Shown here in pieces: positions 55,801 through 64,000 of a DNA stretch of 64,000 nt; the first letter of the stretch is position 1, and every line of letters starts with the position of its first letter. The position numbers were made by a program, and so were the translations under genes. Source of the DNA: Callorhinchus milii (lineage: Eukaryota); NCBI RefSeq assembly GCF_018977255.1, contig NW_024704743.1, positions 82,524,001 to 82,588,000 of the forward strand. Direction: 5' to 3'. The notes under the pieces were generated by a model, which saw only the letters and a list, made by a program, of their open reading frames with translations, did no database searches and was not told the DNA's origin.

Positions 55801-58800
55801 CTCAGTCATGTGGCATTTTGCAAATACTTTGCATTGAGCAGTTTGAATTCAAGGGCATTTAATATGCAGCTTTAACAGTTCCCAAAATGTTTCCTAAATC
55901 TAAAATGGAAAACACAGGAAAGCGCTGTACCATATTAAACCATTAGTATAAAAGTTCTGCGATGAACTAGATTTGTTAAACAAACACCGGGCCATACAAA
56001 TTAGCCTGAGTGATAGAAAAGGGTTACGTCTGTATCTACATTTAAAAACAGATGCAATGAAGTACAGTGTCTGTTTGATTAGGTTTTAGTCAGTGACAGA
56101 AGGAGGCTTCTCCACACTCCTCAATTTCCCTCCTCTCCTCATCCTCTCCTGGGGATGCTGACTCCTGCTGGGTTCCAGCACTCCAGCCAAGTGACATCAG
56201 AAATGAAATAAATTCTGATGTCCAGCAGAGATAGGTGATCAGTATGGGATTAGCTTCTGAATGGTGACCAGCCCTTGTTGGAAACTGCACTTGTGAAGAC
56301 TTTGTGAGAAGATGGATTCATGTTTGGCTGACAACACCCATACCCAGACCAAAACCCATACCCACGCCCAATCTGGGTATGGATTTTGTCAACCAAACAT
56401 GAATCCATCTTCTCATAAAGTCTTCACAAGTGCAGTTTCCAGCAAGGGCTGGTCACCATTCAGAAGCTAGTCCCATACTGATCAGTTATCGCTGCTGGAC
56501 ATCAGAATTTACTTCATTTCTGATCAATCACATTTTTTAAAGTGTTTTGTATGTTTATTTTCTATCAAAGACTTAGCATAAGTATTGTTGACCACTGATG
56601 ACCTTTCTGAATGCAGATTGATGTCGCCCAGAGTTGGCCCTCTCCTCCACAGTGCGGCCCTAAAGTGATTTTCATTATACTTTTGTGGTCACTGCACTGA
56701 TATTACTGTGCTAAACTTCAGTGATATTATTTCTTTGGAGTCCCAACCCCATGTGCTTTCTTGACAGTTGCACCTTGTTTACTGTGCACAAGAGTGGGTG
56801 CTCCAGGTCACATGAGATCACAGGAAATTAAGAACAGGACAAAGCCATGCGGCCCACTCACCCTGCTGATATGAATATTGTTCAACTGTTGCTGCCAGTG
56901 CAGGATGGCCTCCATCCTGTAAACCCAGATATTAATATTTCCCACCAGCACAGACTTCCCTACTCCCTGGACCAGTGCACACAGGGATGTATACAGACTG
57001 TGCAACACCTCCTTAATCAGTCGGATATGCTGCTGGTCTTCAAGCACTGAAACACAAGGTTTAAAGATTTTGACAGTTAACATTAAATACATTCTTTATT
57101 GAAGAAGAAAATGGTAAAGTTTGTAGCATTTCATGAAGCTATGTGTTATTTAACACAAACAATGCATTATGAAACACCACGGGCTTTAATCCTAGACATT
57201 AAACATCAAAGAGGCAACTTGCTTGTGCTACAACATACGCGAAACAGTAGCAAATGCTAAAAACTTCTGGAATAGAAAAAACTAATGTACCATAGCAGAG
57301 GCTGGACTTTCCAGGAGTTTTCGGAATAATAATAATAATCCTTGCATTTGATATAGCGCTTTTCACGTCGGGAGGACGTTCCAAAGCGCTTCACAGAACA
57401 CACTGTAAAGTGAATTGACTGTATATTTGTGGGCGAACGTGGCAGCCAATTGCGCATAGCAATGTCCCACAAAAAGTCGTAGATTGAAAATGACCAATTT
57501 ATTATTGTTTTTGGTTTTGGAGGGATTATTATTAGGCGTGTGGAGTAAGGAAACTTGCCCAAGGTTTCGCCCTGCCTGGAATTGAATTCGGGTCTCTCGC
57601 TTGCAAAGCGAGTGTTTTAACCACTGAGCTACAGGACTCCACAATCTCTATCTATGATCCCAAACACAAATTTTGTGTTTTGTGAATCTCTATCTATGAT
57701 CCCAAACACAAATTTCTGAAATTGGTTGGTCAGGCAGCCAACAGTATTCCTGCTGACATCTGTGCTGCACAATGGATGCAATAACTGGAAACACTGGGAT
57801 CTAATAACGAGCATTTTTGAAGTGATTTCACAAGCAATAAAAGCGGACGTATGTCATACCAACCCACAGAATGCTGCTATTAACCTAAGCTGCATTTTAG
57901 AAGCCTTAGTGTAAGAACTCTCAGAGCCCTGATTCCAAAATAATAATAATCCTTGGATTTGACATAACACCTTTAACATTGGGAGGATGTCTCAAAATAC
58001 TTCACGGGATGTACTGTGAAGTGTACTGACTGTATTTCTAGGAGAAGTTAGCAGTCAATGTGGCAACCTCCCACAAACAGCTGTGAAGTGAATGACTAAT
58101 TTTGTTTGGAAGATTGTTGGTCAGGATACTAGGAGAAACTCATTTCTCTGTTCATGGAATCTTTAACATCCACCTAAACAAGTAGATGGGACTTTGGTTA
58201 ATGTCCGATCCAAGTTTGGTCTTATAGTTAAGACCTGGAGAAACCTTAGGTGTCAGATCACTGTTGAATTCTTGTGATTTAACTCTGCGATATAGGGGTA
58301 AGGTTTGCGACGTTTCATAACATTAATTAACACAAAGAAACACGTTATGAAACACTGTAAACTTTACTCTAATGGTCCTTCTACAAGGAATGCATTTGGC
58401 CAGTCTTACTGTTGTATTCTGATTGTTACGGACCTTTCTGTACAACTTTCTCCAGAATGTTCATGTAGTTCTTCTGGGCAATGCCACTGAGGGAGGTGAG
58501 CTGGGACTTTGCTATCAGCTCCAGAAGCTGGAAACATGAAATAAAGCAGTGTTAGTTTCTCAGGAGAAAAGTGTTCCACTGGCTCTGCTGTTCTGTGCAG
58601 AAGGGTGGAAATCCATGCTGTTAATTAGTACGATACCGAGCTAAAAACAAGAAATCTCACCAGGTTCTACATTTACTCTATTTATGCAGCAAACCTGAGA
58701 TATAGCAATTTCAGAATGTAGCAATATCTTAAATACACCCTTCATTTTGAAGTTGGTTTACTGCAAGTTCTTCCTTGAGAGGCGAATCCTGAACTTGGAG

Positions 58801-61800
58801 AGTATTAGCCAAGTCCTGGAAAACGCAGACCACTTGGTGTACTGCTTTAACCAGGTATGAACATATTGCTTGTAATAAGAATCAAAACTAAAGAGCGTGT
58901 GTCCCCCTCTCTAAAGCAAACTGCAATTTACAGCCCTTTTAATTCTCTCTATGGCGATCAGTCAAGGCAGTGTGAATGAAGGCTGGAATCTTTTCCAGGT
59001 CTATATTAATTTCCCATTGGCCAGGAACGTTTCCAACTGAGTCCACAAAGGAGTTTCATATCAATGTTTTAAATCAGTACTGCATTACTAGAAGATAAAG
59101 TCAAACCTGCACTCAATTCTCTCTTCTCTCAGGGATAATAAAATGATTCCAGACAAACATAATTTGATGCTGAAAATGTCTGAAGTACTATATAGAATTT
59201 CTGAAAGCCAGATTGCACGAAGAAGGCATTTCATAGCAAATACTGTAATATCAATGAATAGTCAGGTAATATCTGGATACCCAGTGCTTAACCCTGCACA
59301 TCAGAATCAAGAATATACTGTATATTAAAACATAACTCAGACAGTTGCTGGTATCTGGTTTCAAGAGGGAAGTCGACAGGTACATGAAAGTTAGAGGCAT
59401 GAAGAGATATGGGGGTAGGACAGGCAGGGGTTCGAAAGTGCAGCTTGTTCTAAGATCCGAGGCTTGTACTAAGATTCGATGGGCTAAATGGCCTTCTTCT
59501 GCCCTGTAAATTTCTTATGACTATAATCAAAGGTCCTAATGTCCTTCTGCAGCCCATACACCTGATTTGATCTGAATATATGTGAACTTTCACAAACGTC
59601 TCCTCCCTGACCCTGGTGCCATCTGTTGAGAGGGGAGACTTAACGAGTCACAAGCCTCAGGCACAGCACGACAGGAATTCAAAAGAGCTCCAGTTCCATC
59701 AGCACCTTCCCCCTTGGAGCAATGTCACCCCAGATACTGTATCAGCTGCTGGCATAGTGGTGTAGCACAGCCCCTGGCATGTGATAGAGAAGTAGCCCAT
59801 TACTGGAAAGTGATTTGGTGTGACTCATGGTAAGTTTCCCTACTCCTGCCTGTCAGTGTCTGCCTGAGTGACTTCAACACAAACAGAGATCAGCTTGCAA
59901 CTTTGAAACTGATTTAACAGATATCTATCAAACCCGCAGGCAAATACCTTTGGTGGGACAGATTTTCCTTCCCAAATGACTCAACACCTTATGGAATTTG
60001 CAGTGATTTATAAGCACAGCTGTTTGGACAACTAAGCCGGAGAGCTGGTCACTAAGAAACATGTGAGGCTAGAGGGTCTGTGTTTGATTTCAATTGTTTC
60101 ATCAAACAACAAATAAAGAACAAGTGTAAAGGAACAAATATGATTCTCCCCATTCCCACTGAATAGGTCTGAGGAAAATTCAGTTTAACTGCACCATGTC
60201 TATCTCCTTTGTGTGAAAATGTATTCTGAGGCTGCCTGTGAGCTTGGTAGGTTTAGCTGCTGGACTCCCAATGTAGGAAACCCTACAGTGAATTCAAGAG
60301 ATCAGTGTTAAGTTGTTTATACCAGAAAACATCTCCTCTCTTCTAGAACACCCCAATGAACCGTGACGTGAGCCCACACATGGGAATTCCACTGCGAATT
60401 CTAGGTCATATCAGAGCAGAGTTCCCAGTGGGTTGATGTGATGTACCTCTGGTTCCCAGAACGAGTTCCCATTGCACAAATTCTGCAAATTAAACCCTTT
60501 AATATGTCCAGTCCGCCTTGGTTGCACAGTGTGTTTTTTGTTTGGAAACAGTGTTAGCTGCTGGAGCTGAGGAATTAAAAGCTGGATGAGCCAGCATGAC
60601 AGCACGTGTCAGAGTGTTATCACTTGGTTTTGTTAACTGTTAAAAAACATCAAAATAAAAACGCTCTTTCTGTTCTGTTTTTTCTTTCTGTTCAGCTCTT
60701 TCCATTACTCAGAATCCTCCTCCCTATAGACAGGGACTGATGATTGAGAAATAATGCGTCCTTCCTCATGGCTAACTGGCTACATTTCTCCATCACTTGA
60801 CTGCTTGACGTTGTTCACTTGGCAAAGGTGAAATACCAACGAAAGTAAAGATCAGAACAAGCAGCTGTTGTATCGTATTACAAACAGGCAGGCAAATGTA
60901 AACAAAATGAATGACTTTATACACAAGTCTCATGAATGTCCTTGTTTTACATCGGCTGACAAGCAAGAACGGTTGATTTTAGAAAGCATCAGTGCTCTAC
61001 GACCATCTTTGCTGGATGGTAAAGCAATGTGGTGGCTGAGGTTACTTTTTTTGTGTGTATGGAGGAGGAAAAAATTCAAGCACCCTAATCCTTCAATGTG
61101 TACATAATAATTTTAATACTAAAATATACACATGTCAATATTGGAGGAGAGAGGGTGAGAAAGATCACAAGAAAGGTTGAGATGAATAAGTCACTTTGGC
61201 TCATCTCTCCATCACAGGATCAAGCTCTTTCTTAAATGAGTCCAGCATCCTGGCTTCAACCACCCTTTCTGGTAAACTTTCAGTTATCCTCTAGTCACAG
61301 AGAGTCTAGGTCCGTACTATTTTAAAAAAATAAGTAAACTGGCCAAGATTCAAGTTATTAAAAAAAGCTGTGAAGTAAGTTTAGGTAGAACATTCTTGCA
61401 TGCACCATCCATCAATTTCCTTTCCCCAATCTTACTTCCACCATCATGGGATCTGACCCAAGATGCTGGAACTAGCACATTTGTGTATTGTCCACTTTCC
61501 AAATATTTTAACACAATATAAAAAGCTTTTTTATACATTATATATAATGCATTATATATATATAATTAATCTGGAATAGTGGGAAGGCAAGGGATGGAAG
61601 GATTATGAGCTGGTAAGACCCTAGCAAGCAAGGCCCCGTTTTAAGCAACATTTTCTCGATCCACTTACCCGTACAACGTAGTTAAATTTTCTGGTATCCT
61701 GAATTGCACTGGAGAAGTCTAAACGGTTGAAAGCTTCACCCAAGGTGCAGTACCCATGGCGCTGTGGAAACAAGAGTAAGACATCAGCAATTTGGATAGG

Positions 61801-63813
61801 AGAGCTCCGAATAAGACAATCACACTGCTGTCATCTCGATTGCAATCTCACAACATCACTTACCTCCTTTGTGCTTCCTTTATGAACATAGATCCACTTG
61901 TCTTGATGAAAGCCTGAATGTAAATGATAAAAACAGTGATGTAAATATAGTGATATGTGTTTTGGATGATTCACTGCTGGTTGCTTCAGTTGGTAGCACT
62001 TTGACCTCTAAGTTACAAGGTTGTAGGTTCAGGTCCCAAACTATAATCTAGGCTGATTATAATCCACTGGCTCCCCATCCCCCAGAGGATTGATTTCAAG
62101 ATCCTCATCCTCACCTACAAGGCCATTCACGGCCTTGCTCCCTCCTACCTCTCCAACCTACTATCCCCCTACCTACCTGCCCGTACCCTCCGTTCCTCTG
62201 GCTCCGGTCTGCTCCACGTCCCCCGCCCCAACCGCCCTACTATCGGTGGTCGGGCCTTCAGCCTCTCAGCCCGAGGCTCTGGAACTCCATCCCCCAGTGC
62301 CTTCGCCTTGCTTCCTCCTTTCCTCCTTCAAGGCCGGTCTCAAAACCTTTCTCTTTGACCGTGCCTTCAGCTCCCCTCTCGACTCTCTTCCTCCTCCTCG
62401 CTCCCTCCCTTCCCTCCCCTCACCCTGACCATTTCCCCCTCCTCTCTCCCTCCCTTCCCTCCCCTCACCCTGACCATTTCCCCCTCCTCGCTCCCTCCCT
62501 TCCCTCCCCTCACCCTGACCATTTCCCCCCTGCTCGGGTCATGACCCAACTGTGCAGCGCCTTGGGACGTCCTCCTGACGTGAAAGGCGCTCTATAAATG
62601 GAATCTTGTTGTTGTTGTTGTTGTTGTTGATACTTCTGTGCAGTGCTGAGCGAGCTCTACGTTGTCTTTAATTTCAATGGACATTAAAGATCATACAGAT
62701 CGTAAAGATTAAAGATCCTACGACACTATGAAAAGAAAGTTGATCATGGTGTGCTGACCAGCAATCCTTCAGATTAATTGGTCCTTCGCCATTGCAGCTG
62801 TTTGAGGGGCTTTGCTGGTGTAAACATCTATAAAATAGTCATTACACCGGGCAGCAATTAGTTGTGAAACACTCTGAGATCATCCAGCATGATAAGGTGC
62901 CATAAAAACATAAATTATTTTGTTTCAAATGTAACAGCTTGGCAGCGTGATCTTATAGAGGGACAATCACACCACTCTGGAATGAGTTAAAACTCCCATT
63001 TAGGCAAGTTACAATCTTGGACAGCAAGTGACTGAAACCCATCCTTCCTGCCTGAAAACAACAAGGCTACAGCAGGCATTCAAACTCACGAGATAAGTGC
63101 AGTCTCTTAAAGAGATTTGAACTACTTATAAGTAATGCAAGGGCCTTACATTTTTCATGTGACCTAGTTCTGAATGGCAATGTAGATCCATCCTCTCTTT
63201 TATACAGACCATTTACTAGGAGGCGAGGAAAATTTGAATTTCACATGAGATAATTCCTTGATTAAAAAACATCCAGAAATGCTAATAACTATTTTTAGGT
63301 ATAAAAAATGGCCAGCAAGTTAATAATACATACATTTATTTGACATTATTTGACATTCATGTCTCAAAGAGCTTCATAGAATTAAATAATAATGCTTGCA
63401 TTTGATATACTGCCTTATCACATGATTGAGACATTTCAAAGCACTTCACAGACTATACTGCAAATTGGACTGACTTTTTATTTTGTGGGCGAAACACGGC
63501 AGCCCGTTACATACAGCAATGTCCCACAAACAGCCATATTTTGGGGGGATTGTTGGCCAGGACACTGGGATAAACCCTCTTCTCTTTTCAAGTAGTGCCA
63601 TGGAATCTTTATCACCCACCTGAACAGGCAGATTGCACCTCAGTTTAACATTGTGAAGTGTAGTACTGTCATAGTGGAGAACTTAAGAAATAAAACTCAC
63701 ATTGAATCTTTGTGTTGATGTTCATAAGATCCTTCTTTCGCTTCTTTGCTGTCACTTCGTAGCTGACGTTTTTCAGAAGGTTCTCCTTATTGTATTCCTC
63801 TTCATCACAAAAA
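52790..63813 (-). CDS. FBXO32: F-box only protein 32 (atrogin-1/MAFbx), coding exons 2-9 as spliced span; exon 1 lies right of the window
   Basis: 8 GT-AG exons in continuous frame: [35 protein letters not shown]-box [17 protein letters not shown]-terminal HPCTANNP...DFISLFRF*; synteny with NTAQ1 and ATAD2. Confidence 0.95.
54302..54445 (-). CDS. FBXO32: FBXO32 exon 8
   Basis: ttctag|ATT CGC...TGG AAG|gtactg; [48 protein letters not shown]; 144 bp. Confidence 0.96.
54895..55077 (-). CDS. FBXO32: FBXO32 exon 7 (F-box)
   Basis: tttcag|CCC ACA...CGG CAG|gtacgt; [61 protein letters not shown]; 183 bp. Confidence 0.97.
56196..56524. repeat. Long inverted repeat (153-bp arms, 23-nt loop) in FBXO32 intron 6
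   Basis: 56196-56348 is the reverse complement of 56372-56524 with about 10 mismatches by hand count. Confidence 0.95.
56862..57046 (-). CDS. FBXO32: FBXO32 exon 6
   Basis: tttcag|TG CTT GAA...AGC AGG|gtgagt; [61 protein letters not shown]; 185 bp. Confidence 0.96.
57326..57643 (-). mobile_element. Young tRNA-Ala-headed SINE
   Basis: Near-identical reverse complement of 49741-50066. Confidence 0.9.
58434..58527 (-). CDS. FBXO32: FBXO32 exon 5
   Basis: ttccag|CTT CTG...AAA G|gtccgt; [31 protein letters not shown]; 94 bp. Confidence 0.96.
61669..61761 (-). CDS. FBXO32: FBXO32 exon 4
   Basis: ccacag|CGC CAT...GTA CGG|gtaagt; [31 protein letters not shown]; 93 bp. Confidence 0.97.
61864..61913 (-). 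CDS. FBXO32: FBXO32 exon 3
   Basis: attcag|GC TTT CAT...AAG GAG|gtaagt; [16 protein letters not shown]; 50 bp. Confidence 0.96.
62064..62629 (+). mobile_element. Young L2 3' fragment inserted in a degenerate Deu-type SINE (about 61975-62910)
   Basis: Matches 19252-19759; three 45-bp UTR units; (GTT)7 tail. Confidence 0.9.
63701..63813 (-). CDS. FBXO32: FBXO32 exon 2
   Basis: ttacag|T TTT TGT...CAA T|gtgagt; [37 protein letters not shown]; 113 bp. Confidence 0.94.
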
Positions 63814-64000
63814 CTGTAATAAAGCGCAAACACAAATAACATGCATTACAGTACAGGAGCTCTCTGGCGCCACACTGATCACAATGAAGAGGAATTAATG
63901 TATCCTCCAATCACAGCATGGAAATGGAAACCATTTGGCCTCTTCCAGTTCTAGTGTCTTCTAAAAGAACATCACCTAAACAATCAGTCCAGTGAGATGC

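Noticed and set aside
52790..63813. FBXO25 paralogue
   Set aside because: Linkage to NTAQ1/ATAD2 and the short HPCTANNP...DFISLFRF C-terminus fit FBXO32
1..64000. CRISPR array, prokaryotic operon or rRNA
   Set aside because: No repeat-spacer array or rRNA-like sequence; the window is spliced vertebrate genes plus interspersed repeats

Overview
Vertebrate genomic DNA, most likely a cartilaginous fish (inferred from the repeat content: L2 and CR1 LINEs, Deu-domain SINEs, a tRNA-Ala-headed SINE and a Penelope-type terminal repeat). It holds the conserved ATAD2-NTAQ1(WDYHV1)-FBXO32 block. ATAD2 coding exons 1-14 lie on the minus strand (25156 down to 829; the gene runs off the left edge). A complete six-exon NTAQ1 lies on the plus strand (28079-35882, 203 aa), head-to-head with ATAD2 across a CpG-rich interval. 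FBXO32/atrogin-1 coding exons 2-9 lie on the minus strand (63813 down to 52790; exon 1 is beyond the right edge). I read every exon by hand, and all have GT-AG boundaries and consistent phases except for one 1-nt frameshift in ATAD2 exon 4. Most ORFs in the supplied track are spurious or out-of-frame readings of LINE fragments. The most notable non-genic observations are three long inverted repeats (7114-7626, 25853-26011, 56196-56524), a four-layer nested retroelement insertion (36720-42390) that creates an in-frame L2/CR1-esterase chimeric ORF, and an apparent young L2/SINE partner pair sharing a 3' stem-loop with a compensatory base-pair change. I see no convincing evidence for a wholly new biological system. 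Repeat family names rest on recalled consensus features, not on database searches.
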